Of a stretch of DNA of 64,000 bases, positions 51,003-62,180 are shown in pieces. The DNA comes from Lama glama (taxonomy: Eukaryota), in contig CM052816.1 of NCBI GenBank assembly GCA_028534125.1, positions 98,520,001 through 98,584,000 on the forward strand, written 5' to 3'. The first letter of the stretch is position 1; each line of letters begins with the position of its first letter. The position numbers and the translations under genes are program-made. Below the pieces are notes generated by a model. It was given only the letters and a program-made list of their open reading frames with translations, searched no databases and had not been told where the DNA came from.

Positions 51003-52737
51003 AAAAATTCATAAAACGAGTGTTTTTATGGCCAAACACCCTTGCGTATCTGTGATTATTCCTCTAGGATGATGTTTTATAAGCATAATTTCTGAGCTTA
51101 ATAAGCACGTGCTTATCTTGAAGACTTTCACCGCACGTGTTCCTAAATCGTGCCCCATCCTGGTTTTCACTCTCGTCGGCTAGTGGGGGCCATGCTGCTG
51201 TTTCTTCCCTTCCTAACCCTGTTATGCACCACAGTTTTAGTCCGATGGGTCCAATGAGGGGGCCCAGAAATGCAAGGCTCGCTCTCTTCCTGAGCTTCTC
51301 AGGTGGACCAGGAGAACTTCAGCACCACTGAGGATAAACAGCACAGGGTGCGCTTGTGGCGCTGGGATGCTCCACCTGCTGAAACCTGAACCTGGACCTT
51401 CAGCAACACCGCAAACAAACACACCCATTTGGAAGCTCCACCAGCTTGTGGGAAGGACGCGCTTTCGAAGTCTGTCAATGGCTTTATTTGAAGAGAGCCT
51501 CTTGCCCTGGAGTGGCTGCAGACGGCAGATACGAACCCCAACCACTGTGTAAACTGACACTAAGTCTATTTTCATTCAAGTTCCAGCACAGAAACACCTC
51601 TTCAGTTTGCAGTTCTGCTCAGCAACTCTTTTCTTCCATTTCTCATTTACTAGAAGCTTCCAAGTGGAATGTGCTCAGCTTTGAGTTAAATCAATATCCA
51701 CATTAACATTCTTTCAAAGGCAACATCCAGTCATGTAAAGTGCTCACTCCCTATGACCTTGCTCTGAGTGCAGGCTCGGCATGTGCTTGGCGCCGTCCTT
51801 GTGACGGCCCCCGCCAGTGCGGGCCGGGTGTCATTGCCCAGATAACATCCAGGTTAATTAACCTTTAGGTGACGATCTCGGGGATCCCTGGGACACTGAC
51901 TTCCTTCCTGCTCATTACGTTCAGCCCAAAAAGCAGCAAGGAGCTGCAATAAATGCATTAATTATTAAAATGATTAAAAGCAGTTGCCTTTATTACCTTG
52001 GCAGTTAATCTTCTCTACAAGACGCCTGAAAAGTCACCCTCATCAGGGGGGCAACTGTGCAGGGGAGAAGCAGCTGCTCAAGGCCCTGGGCTCCCCAACT
52101 CTCTGGCTAGAAGATGAACTCAAGCTTCCATCAATTAATTGCCACAAAAATCCAGGCAGGTCCCCAAAGGGAGTGTGCTCATCGGCTCTTCTCTGAAGCC
52201 ACCCTGCCCAGGAAGTTTTAGAAGAGGATATCTGTCACCTTTGTCACCAGCAGAAAGTACAAACCCCATTCCTCGTAGCAGGGGCTCACAAATGTTTATA
52301 GAATCTGATTTAGAAGCATATATGCAATATCTTCTGTAAAGCTTTAAGGAAAGAAAGCCAGGTATGCTACAGGTTCAGCGTCAAGGTAATGTTCACTGAA
52401 ATGCGTGAGGCTCTCTGACGCCCCCTCATGTAGGACAGCAGGGAGAAAGGAGGCGAGGAACCGACTGCTGCTCCACAGCAAAGGTGCAGGGCGCTTCCAG
52501 GGGAGTGGAGACTCAAACTTCCTTAAGCGACAACTCCGGCCCGACCCCTGCGAGGCCCCACAAGTTTCTGACTTCCCATCCTGTCATCTGTATGTCTTAT
52601 TGAAATACAACTAAATCTCATGAGAAGTGATATCCCAGAGTCCAGGATTTTGACATTTTCCCCTTTCTATGAGGAAAAATGTTATCTAATTGTCAAAAAT
52701 TAGGTAGCTTCCATTGAAACCTAATTGTAAATTGTGA

Positions 52738-53161
52738 TATTGTAAATAGTGGTGCTATAAACATTGGGGTGCGTGTATTTTTTTTCAAATTAGAGTTTCT
52801 TCCATATTTATGCCCAGGAGTGGGATTGGTGGATCAAAGGATAAGTCTGTTTTCAGTTTTTAAAGGAATCTCTATACTGTTTTCCACAATGGCTACACCA
52901 AACTACATTCCCACCAACAGTGTAGGAGGGTTCCCTTTTTTCCACAGCCTCTCCAGCATTTATCTTCTGTGGACTTTTCAATGATGGCCATTTTGACCAG
53001 TGTGAGGTGATACCTCATTGCAGTTTTGATTTGCATTTCTCTGATAATTAGCGATATTGAGCATTTGTTCATGTTTCTACTGGCCATTTGTATGTGTTCA
53101 TTGGAGAATTGCTTGTTTAGGTCTTCTGCCCATTTTTTATTGGGTTGTTTGTTTTTTGCTA
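52738..53161 (-). mobile_element. Inverted 5' segment of an L1 insertion (ORF2 Cys-rich C-terminus)
   Basis: ORF 52893-53177(-) [12 protein letters not shown]...[16 protein letters not shown]...[19 protein letters not shown]. Confidence 0.95.
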
Positions 53162-53590
53162 CTGAAATGTCCATCAACAGATGACTGGATAGAAAAGTTG
53201 TGATTATATATGTGTGTGTATATATATATATATCTCACACACAATGGAATACTACTCAGCCATAAAAAAGAATAAAATAATGCCACTTGCAGCAACATGG
53301 ATGGACCTGGAGATTGTCATTCTAAGAGAAGTAAGCCAGAAAGAGAAAGAAAAATACCATATGATATCACTTATATGTAGAATCTTAAAAACAAAAAAGG
53401 ACATGAACTTATTTACAAAACAGAAACAGACTCAGACATAGAAAACAAACTTATAGTTAGGAGGAAAGGGGTGGGAAGGGATAAATTGGGAGTCTGATAT
53501 TTATAGATACACACTATGAATCACTATGCTATACACCAGAAATTAATACATTGTAAATCAACTATACTTTAATAGAAATAAATAAAGTAC
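53162..53590 (+). mobile_element. 3' segment of the same L1 (ORF2 end, 3' UTR, A-rich tail)
   Basis: aaatgtccatcaacagatgactggata; ORF TMEYYSAIKKNKIMPLAATWMDLEIVILREVSQKEKEKYHMISL; ends tcaactatactttaatagaaataaataaa. Confidence 0.95.
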
Positions 53591-54107
53591 ACAGTCAAAC
53601 AATTATTAAAAATTAAAATATTACCAAAAAGGATTGAAAAACTCATTTCCCCAATCAGTTCTAATCAGCTTGTTTTTGAGAGAACCATTACAAGCCTCCA
53701 TTGCTTCCTGCTCGACCCCATACCTCGTGCACACCCAGGGCCTCTGTCACATGGAGCTGGGCTGTATCCAGGCTGAAAAGATAAAACTGCATTTCTCAAG
53801 GAATTCTACAAGGGAACTCCAATTCTCAGGACTGTCTTCCCTTTAATCTGAATGAAGACAGTACTGACCACTTAACTATTTTTGGAGTAATTTGCTATTC
53901 TATTTGGAGAACAGTGTGAGATCCCAGAAGCCGTCCATCAGCTCCTCTGAAACTGAAGCTATCTCATGCCCAGGAAGCTCACTGGCATGGACCTCACTTT
54001 TACACTTACAGGAATTAGAAGTGATGTCATTTCTGTCTCTGCTGAAACCAGTCCAACCAGTGCACTTGAGAGTAGGAAATCCCCAGCCCTGAAAGCCAGC
54101 CTCAGCC

Positions 54108-54535
54108 TGTCGTGGACTGAGTGGGGTCCCTGAAGAATTCCCTGAGGCCCCCGCCCCCAGTGCCTCAGACTGTGGCCTTGCATGGAAATAGGGTCCCTGT
54201 GGATGTAGTTAAATGTAGATGAGATCATAGTAGAGTGGGGTGGGACCCTAATCCTACATGACTGGTGTCCTTATAAAGAGGAAATATTTGGACACAGACA
54301 TGCACACAGGAAGAATGCCACATGAACATGAAGACAGAGATCCAGATGATGCTTCAGCAAGATGTGAAACTCCAAAGGTGGCCAGCAAACCAGGGGACTG
54401 AGGGGCCTGAAGCAGCCTCGGAAGGAGCCATCCCTGCCAACACCGACATTTCCAGCCTCCAGACCGTGAGACAATACAGTTGTGCTGTTGAAGCTGCCAT
54501 CTCGCTGGTGCTGCATCGCAGCTGTACCAGCCCTT
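54108..54535 (+). mobile_element. MaLR LTR, MLT1B-like
   Basis: tgtcgtggactgagt...tggaaatagggtccctgtggatgtagtt...ccctaatcctacatgactggtgtccttataaagagg...ttccagcctccagaccgtgagacaata. Confidence 0.9.
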
Positions 54536-57107
54536 CACGACATTCCCAAGGACCTACACCTGGCTTCTCCCAGCCTCTTGCACTCAGTGTGGGGCTTCCC
54601 GGAGGAGGCAGGAGGTGGTCCTTATGCGAGCTGCCTGTGCCCCAGGAGCACAGGGCTGACTTGCAAAGAATCCTTGAAGAACAGGCTGAGCCCTGCAGAT
54701 TTAGCTGGAAAGCACAGTGAGGGCTCAGAGAAGGAAGACACCACCAAGTCAGGGACGAGAACCACCCCGTGTCCCTGTCCCAACCCCCTCCATGGAGACT
54801 GGGGATTAAAACCCAGGACGAGGGAACACGCTGGTCTGTGTGGGCATAGGGTCGCTGGGGAGGGGGCAAGGGGTGGGTCCTGAGGTCACTGGCATCTTCA
54901 GTACTAATGTTCACTATCCCAGCTTGGCCAAACCCACCCTGCTGGCAACTCCAACACCAACGAGCACCTGAGACCACCTTCTGGTGGAGCTCACACCTCA
55001 TCTCAGCTCCAACCTCTTTGGGACGTTCAAGCACCCAGGCTGGGCAACAGCTGGTGCACCTGCCTCCAAAGCACGAGGTGGGGCATTGTGTCTGAAAAGG
55101 TAGGTGAGCGAGGCCATCTGGCCGCCTGTCCCCACCCAGCCCCACCATGGAAACCCACAGCCATAAGGAACAGGCTCGGAGGGTCTGACATGGAGGGTGG
55201 GAGCGACAGTGATGCTTCCCAACCCCGGCAGACCACCCAGCAGAGTTGCGGCTGGACCCTGGGCAAGACCTTCAAGCCAGTCCCCTCTTTCTCCACAGAG
55301 ACCCCCTGCCCAGCCCCAAAGGGCTCTTCTCCCTGCTCTGGGACCAGCTCAGCAGCAACAGAAGACCCTCAGGACTGTGTCCTCCATAAATTCTGTGTTG
55401 AGAGTCGAGCTGAAGCAGCATGAGATGGAGAGCAGTGTGAGGGAGAGCAGGAAGGGGCTGACAGACTCTCCCAGCGGGGAGCTGCCCCCGACGGCCCTAT
55501 GCAGCCAGCACCCCTACTACCTGGCCTGGCCACGGTGGAGAGCCAGGTGGAGGGCGTGTTTCTATGTTTGACCTTCACTCTCCTGGCCCAAAATCTCCCT
55601 GTTCAGACATCCTGTCCTGAAATACTTCCACCGTGGAGCTCACCACAGTGGGACCACCCCAGGCACTAACCCCCATGGCACTAGGCCAACGAAAGGATTT
55701 CAAAAGTGCTGTTTTGGAATGTACAGGAAATGTTCAGATTCACTTCTGCAGCCTTGGAGTGATCGTGTTGATGCCACCAGGCACAGGCCCTGAGCACCCC
55801 TGGGCCATTAAGCCACTGTGCCCCATGTTGGGAGAAAGGGACGGAAAGCTTTCAGCCCCCCTCCAGGGCACTGGCGTCACCGCTTTCTGCCACTCGGCCC
55901 AGACAGTGCTGCACCACCCAGCGGCGTCTCCCTGCCCTCGGCTGGAGGAGCAGCGTGTGCTGAGGAGCATGGAAATGAGCTCCCTGTATCCCTTGTCTGC
56001 ACAATGTCACCGTGATGCTGCCCGGACGTCCCTACATTGAGTCAACCTTGACGCTGCACCATCTGTACATCAGTCACCCTCTCTGCGTCCCTCTTCCTTC
56101 TCCACCAGGGGAGTCTGCTTGCGGCAGACTGGCCCGAAGCAAGCACCACTTCTTCCTGATATTCACACCTATGTATTTCTGACATCCTAATGACTCTTAA
56201 ATATGCATAATCATTTCCAAGAAGGACATGCCACACATTTTAATCACTTGCATAAACCAACCAATTTGGAGAGCGCGCCCCTGGAAAGGGGCACAAGTGA
56301 GCCGTAAATTTAATTTGCTCTCACATCTGCTGTCATCGTGGCGGGGCCTCCTGGGCTCGCCGACTGTCCAGGACTCATACTTTCTAATGCCTCGTTTTTG
56401 TTGTGACTGTTTTTAATTATAAGCGCTTCCACCAAAATGAATCATCGTTCAGAATTCCAGCCGGGGAAGCAATTTTTTCCTACTTAACTAAACTGAACCA
56501 ACGCACATCAGGGCAAGAAATGAAGAGGCTCAGAACGAATCCATTTCAAGGGCGGTCACTGTCTGCTGCTGTCAGTTTCTGTGCTCCCATCAGAGGGGGC
56601 TGAGCGCGCTCTGGGATCTGACAGAAAAAGGCTGTCAGAGCTCGAGGTGCATGTCAGTTTCAAGGATCCTAACGCCTCCTAAACTTACATAACCTTACAC
56701 GGAGCCAGCTCTTCGCTTAGAGGTCACTTCCTCACTCCACACTTTTCCCTGTGTTATTCTGGGATTACTTGACACCAAGGAGTAAGTGTTCTTAAGAAAG
56801 GCATGGCTGTGGGTGCAAATTGGCCAACATGGCTGGTGCCTGACTGAAGCACTCTGCTCCACGCCAGGCACTCTGCAGTTGGTGTGACGCCACGTGGCCG
56901 ACAGTGTATCAGGAGAGAAACATGGCATGTGGCTCCAGGGATGCTGTAATGGCCAGAGCTCCCAAGGTAGATGCAGCAGGGGAAGTCCAGGTGGAGGTGA
57001 CCTTCAGGAAGAGAATGAACATGGAGACAGGTCCACAGAGCAGTGAGGAAAGCCATGGGATCGAGCCGTCCTTGATGTCTGAACTCCACCTTTTGTAAAA
57101 AGTAGTC

Positions 57108-57385
57108 CAAAAAACAGACTTGTGGTTACCAGGGGGAAAGAGGGTGGGGAGGGATAAATTGGGAGTTCGAGATTTGCAGATACTAACCAATATATATAAA
57201 ATAAACAACAAAGTCCTACTGTATAGCACAGGGAATGATATTCAATTTCTTATAATGAGCTGTAATGGAAAAGAATCTGAAAAAAATACACATATGTATG
57301 TATAAGCATAACCGAATTGCTTTGCTGTACACCTGAAACTAACATTGCAAATCAACTACACTTCAATAAAAAATAAGAATTAAAA
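57108..57385 (+). mobile_element. Lineage-specific L1 3' UTR with A tail
   Basis: cttgtggttaccagggggaaagagggtggggagggataaattgggagttcgagatttgcagatac...gtcctactgtatagcacaggg...caaatcaactacacttcaataaaa. Confidence 0.92.
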
Positions 57386-57394
57386 AGTAAAATA

Positions 57395-57535
57395 GGGGTG
57401 AGGGTATAGTTCAGTAGTAGAGTGATTGTTCAGCATGCACGAAGTTCTGGGTTCAATCCCCAATACCACCATCAAAATAAATACATAAATTTTTAAAAAA
57501 CCTAATTACCTCCCACCCAAAACATTAAAAAAATT
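57395..57535 (+). mobile_element. tRNA-Ala-derived SINE (vic-1-like) in the L1 tail
   Basis: ggggtgagggtatagttcagtagtagagtg...gcatgcacgaagttctgggttcaatccccaatacc...cctaattacctccc. Confidence 0.88.
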
Positions 57536-58212
57536 TTAAAGGGTAAATTTAGAAAAATAAAATAAATTAAATTAAATGGGTTTGTCTACCCTAGAGAAAA
57601 TTAACAAAGCAAAAGTTGGTTCCCAGCGTCACACCGGTAAATATCCTTCCCCAGGAGAGGGGCATAGACCCGCCCCCACTGCACTCTCTGAGTGTGGGCT
57701 GGACTCCATGACTTGCCTCCAAAGACAGAGGATGGAAAGGGAGAAGTCAGGTGTGAAGGGTCTCCTTACAGCCCTTGTCTTTGGGGAGGCCTCCATTCAC
57801 AAATGACTCAGCAGTGGCCAAGTTTGCTGGGTGGTTTGAGGCTTCTGGCTGTTTCCTGTGAGACCCCTTTACGATGTCTCACTGCTTCCCTGGCCCTTGG
57901 CCTCTGGAGCACATCCTAGGACCAGGTATCTCTGAAGACCGACAGACACACAGAGCAATCTCAGAGACCAACCCAACAAATGCATTCCAATAAAAACGCA
58001 GATGAGCAGAAAGGGCCACTCGGCTGCAGGAGGCTTCTGAGCCCCGAGAAAGAGGGAAAGAAGTAAGTCTTGGCAGCATCCTGAGCTCGCAGAGAAATTT
58101 CATCTCCTGATTGATCTGAATGACATCTCATTCTGCCGTGGTCCGCGGCGGTGGTGTTAGGAAATAATAATAAATGGCCCCGTCACCTCCACTGCCCACC
58201 ATGTCTGCAGAT

Positions 58213-58243
<31 letters not shown>

Positions 58244-58829
58244 ACTTGTATCGGGTTCAACTCTACAAACTTCAGGGGCCCTTTTACGAATGGCTTTAAA
58301 ATGCCACATCTACAGCTGAGCTGAATCTTTCCTTTCTGAGTCTTCCGTATCATCTGAGCATCCTAAAAGTTGAGTCACAGTAAGTCTCAGATGTCTGCTT
58401 CTCTCTGCCCGGCAAAGGGCCCTGGAGGATAGGTTTCCTTCAGGTATGATAAGCCGGAGTAGTGTCAGCAGGCTTACCAAGGTGGAGATCTCTCATGCCC
58501 ATGTTTGTGAGGTCTCTGTGTCAATGACAGGACACCCTGAGCATCCCCTTTCTGAAGCCATTTCTTCACCAAAGAAGAGATCCAAGAAAATAATGTTGTG
58601 AGTTTTGCCAGCTTCTCCACTTCTCCGGGGCATGGAAGAGTCCACAAGAGGTTAGTGACCAAGGCTTTAACCCAAGTTGTTCCTAGAAGTGAGGACCTTG
58701 AGACACAGACGATGACAATGTTTCAGTATCCTCCATACCCACCATGGGGCCCCTTTGAATGCTGCAACTTTCAAGGTTCTAAAACAGCTTGCTTCTTACA
58801 CTTTTCATTTGAGCAAACTTTTCCTAGAC

Positions 58830-58915
58830 TTGTCTGATCATAAAAATCTCCTGGGAAAGTGATGTAAAATTCAGAATCCCAGGTCCTCACACGAAAGATT
58901 CTGATTCAGTCTTTA
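58830..58915. mobile_element. MER5-like fragment
   Basis: aatctcctgggaaag...aaaattcagaatcccaggtcc...agattctgattcagt. Confidence 0.55.
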
Positions 58916-59409
58916 ATCATTACCTGGAATCATGAGATCACATGAGTTTGGAAATTTAAGTCGTGGTCTTCGTATTTGGAGGGATAGCTCTCAGGCTGAA
59001 GGCTTTGCTGAGGATTATCTTCCACCTTCTGATTGACACTAAGTAGGTACAAAGAGCAATAGAGGACAAGACAGAATCACATCCCTTCCTACTTACTGCT
59101 CTCTGCACCTAAAAGATGCTGCCCAGCCCTAAACACTGCACAAGTACCCTGAGGGAGGGGGTATGCAGTGATGCACGGATGGCCAGAGTGGAAAGGAGAG
59201 CTGGACGATGTGTAGGGGCATCAGAAAGGGGCCTGTGGCCCCCAGACGGCTGCAGGACCCCCACCTGCCCACCCACAGCACCAACACAGCCCGACAGCTT
59301 GCTTGGCCTTCTCATGAGACGATCTTCCTGTGAGGGATGGTCTAGTGGGACCACTGATTGGGAAGCCTGTCATCTAATAATGATTACCTGTCTCTGTCTT
59401 CTCACCCCA

Positions 59410-59530
59410 GTTCATTCAAATACGCTTATCACACCGGTGCTGTGTGCTGAGCCAGAAAGTGGGGAAAGAAGTGGACAAGATGTTCACTGTGCATGGCCTT
59501 GTGGAGTATTCTGTCCCGACAGAGGAGCGT
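59410..59530 (-). mobile_element. L2 3' end fragment
   Basis: ttcattcaaatacgcttat...tgtgtgctg...acaagatg...ggccttgtggag. Confidence 0.45.
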
Positions 59531-59718
59531 TCACTGAGCAAACCTCGGTATGTAACTGAGAGCTGTAACGAATGCCGGAAAGACAATGTACCAGGAGGCT
59601 CCGAAATCCCAGCGCGAACCTGGGGGAAGGGGTGGAGCCTTCCAGGCAAGAAAACCCCACTGGAAAGTCTCTATTCAATGTCCATTATTTTTCAAGTTTC
59701 AACAGTGCACATTAACAC

Positions 59719-60218
59719 NNNNNNNNNNNNNNNNNNNNNNNNNNNNNNNNNNNNNNNNNNNNNNNNNNNNNNNNNNNNNNNNNNNNNNNNNNNNNNNNNN
59801 NNNNNNNNNNNNNNNNNNNNNNNNNNNNNNNNNNNNNNNNNNNNNNNNNNNNNNNNNNNNNNNNNNNNNNNNNNNNNNNNNNNNNNNNNNNNNNNNNNNN
59901 NNNNNNNNNNNNNNNNNNNNNNNNNNNNNNNNNNNNNNNNNNNNNNNNNNNNNNNNNNNNNNNNNNNNNNNNNNNNNNNNNNNNNNNNNNNNNNNNNNNN
60001 NNNNNNNNNNNNNNNNNNNNNNNNNNNNNNNNNNNNNNNNNNNNNNNNNNNNNNNNNNNNNNNNNNNNNNNNNNNNNNNNNNNNNNNNNNNNNNNNNNNN
60101 NNNNNNNNNNNNNNNNNNNNNNNNNNNNNNNNNNNNNNNNNNNNNNNNNNNNNNNNNNNNNNNNNNNNNNNNNNNNNNNNNNNNNNNNNNNNNNNNNNNN
60201 NNNNNNNNNNNNNNNNNN
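59719..60218. other. Assembly gap (500 N)
   Basis: Run of N seen directly; the round length suggests a placeholder size. Confidence 1.
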
Positions 60219-60620
60219 CCAGTGGCCTGGCTTTGCGGGGCTGAGGGGCCTGGTCCTCTTTCTCCACGCTTCTGCCAAATATTATAACGAAGCCTTGTTT
60301 TTTCACTTTTTCACTGCAGGAAATTTAAAAAATATAAATAACTTGATTGCCTTTAAAAACAGTAAGAACTCACCAGTACTGCTGTGTGCTGGGCCCTGCC
60401 TGGGGGCCTTGCTGCCCATTGTCTTATTCACCCCGACATGAGCCAGCGGCTGAGTAACGCTCCCAGGGTCAAGGGACTGAGGAGCGAGCCGGCGGCTCTG
60501 GCCCAGGCCCCAGCACCCGGGCAAGGCTGAGCCTTCCTGCTGCTCGTCCTGGAATCCCACCTCCTGGAGATGAAAACGGTCAGCAGTTTTACAAATGGAC
60601 CATCTTCCAGCCTTTTCCTT

Positions 60621-60714
60621 TGTGTATGTGTGTGAGTGTGTGTGAGTGTGTGTGTGTTTGTGTGTGAGTGTGTGTTTATGTGTGTGTGTGTGAGTGTGTG
60701 TGTGTGTGTGTGTG
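60621..60714. repeat. Imperfect (TG)n microsatellite
   Basis: About 94 bp of tg repeats with occasional ag/tt/at interruptions. Confidence 0.95.
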
Positions 60715-60751
60715 AACATTTTTAACAAAAACAGGATATTGCATAGACTGC

Positions 60752-62180
60752 CTTTTTCAAACTAATTCATCGAGGTCAAACATATACAATAAACCATTTT
60801 AAAGTGGATAAGTCAATGGCATTTTGTACATTTTCTCTGTTGTGCGATCTCCACCTGTGTCTAGTTTCAAACCATTTTCATCACCTGGAAGTTAAATCCA
60901 CTCATCGCTAAAGAGTCTCTTTCCGTTCTCCCCTCCCCCCAGCCCTTGGCAACCACCAGTCTGCGTTCTGCCCCATGGATTACTCTGTTCTGGACACTTC
61001 GTATAAATGGAATCATAGATATGTGACCTGTTGTGTGTGTCTGCTTTCAGCTGGCACAGTGTTCTAGAAAGTTCATCTAGGTTACAACGTGGATCGGGAC
61101 TTCATTCCACTTTGTGGTCCAAAACTAAACCGTTGTGTGGATGGACCACATTTCGTTTATCCATTCCTCTGTCGATGGACGTGGGCTAGGTCTACCTTTT
61201 GGCTATTGTATGTTTATATTTCTACCTTTTGCCTATAACCATGTACTTGTTGAGAACTTGTTTTCAACTTTTTTGAGTCTATACCCAGGAGTGGAATTGC
61301 AAAGTCATATGAAATTCTATGTTTAACTTTTTGAGGAACTGCCAAACTGTTTTCCCCAGAGGCCAGAATATTTTGCATCCCCACTAGCAATCCACGAGGA
61401 TTTCAGTTTCTTCACAGCCGCACCCACATCTGTTATTTTCCTCTTTTTTTTTAACCACTATTATAGTCATACTAGAGGGTGTGACGTGGTATCTCACTGT
61501 GGTTTTGATTTTCATTTTCCTGATGACACACAGGGTAACTTTTCATGTGCTTGTTGGTCATTTGTCGATTTTCTTTGGAAAAATGTCCATTCCTCGTCCT
61601 TTGCCCATTTTCTTGATTGGGTTGTTTGTCTTTTTGTTGTTGAGTTCTAAGAGTTCTTTATGCATTCTGAATGCTAGATATGTAATTTATAATTTTATTA
61701 GAGACATAATTCATAAATATTTTCTTCCATTCTGTACATTTTGCTTCTTCACAATATCCTTTGATGCACAGAAGTTTTTATTTTAATGAAGTCCAATTTA
61801 CCTATTTTTTTATGTTATTGCTCATGCTTTTAGTGTTACATCTAGGACTCCATTACCAAATACAAGACTGTGAAATTTTACTCCTTTGTTGTCTTCTAAG
61901 TATTTTATGATTTTTGCTCTTTTATTTAGGTCATTGATCCATTTTGTGTTAATTTTTGTTTAGGGGTCCAACCTCACTCTTTTTATGTGTGTACGTCCAG
62001 CTGTCCCAGCACCACGTGTTGAAGAGACTCTTCTTTCCCCCACTGAATGGTCTTGGCACGTTTGTTGAAAATCAGTTGGCTGTAGGTGTACACATCTACT
62101 TCTAGACCCTCAGTTTTAGTCCATTGGTCTACACATCTGTCTTTATGCCAGCACTGGGCCATTTTGATTACTGTAGCTGC
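60752..62180 (-). mobile_element. L1MB-like element, 3' ~1.4 kb
   Basis: ccattttaaagtg...cccccagcccttggcaaccacc...aaatggaatcata...tttttgaggaactgccaaactgttttcc...gtggtatctcactgtggttttgattt...tcccagcaccacgtgttgaagagact...ttttgattactgtagc. Confidence 0.92.

Noticed and set aside
54354..55148. Longest non-gap ORF (264 aa, minus strand)
   Set aside because: Runs into an MLT1 LTR, has no recognisable protein similarity, and the GC-rich context explains its length.
56587..56602. CTCF-like ccatcagagggggctg
   Set aside because: Mismatches at core positions relative to CCASYAGRKGGCRS; not supportable without a PWM score or ChIP data.
59444..60306. Long ORFs of 188-266 aa
   Set aside because: Artefacts of translating through the N gap.
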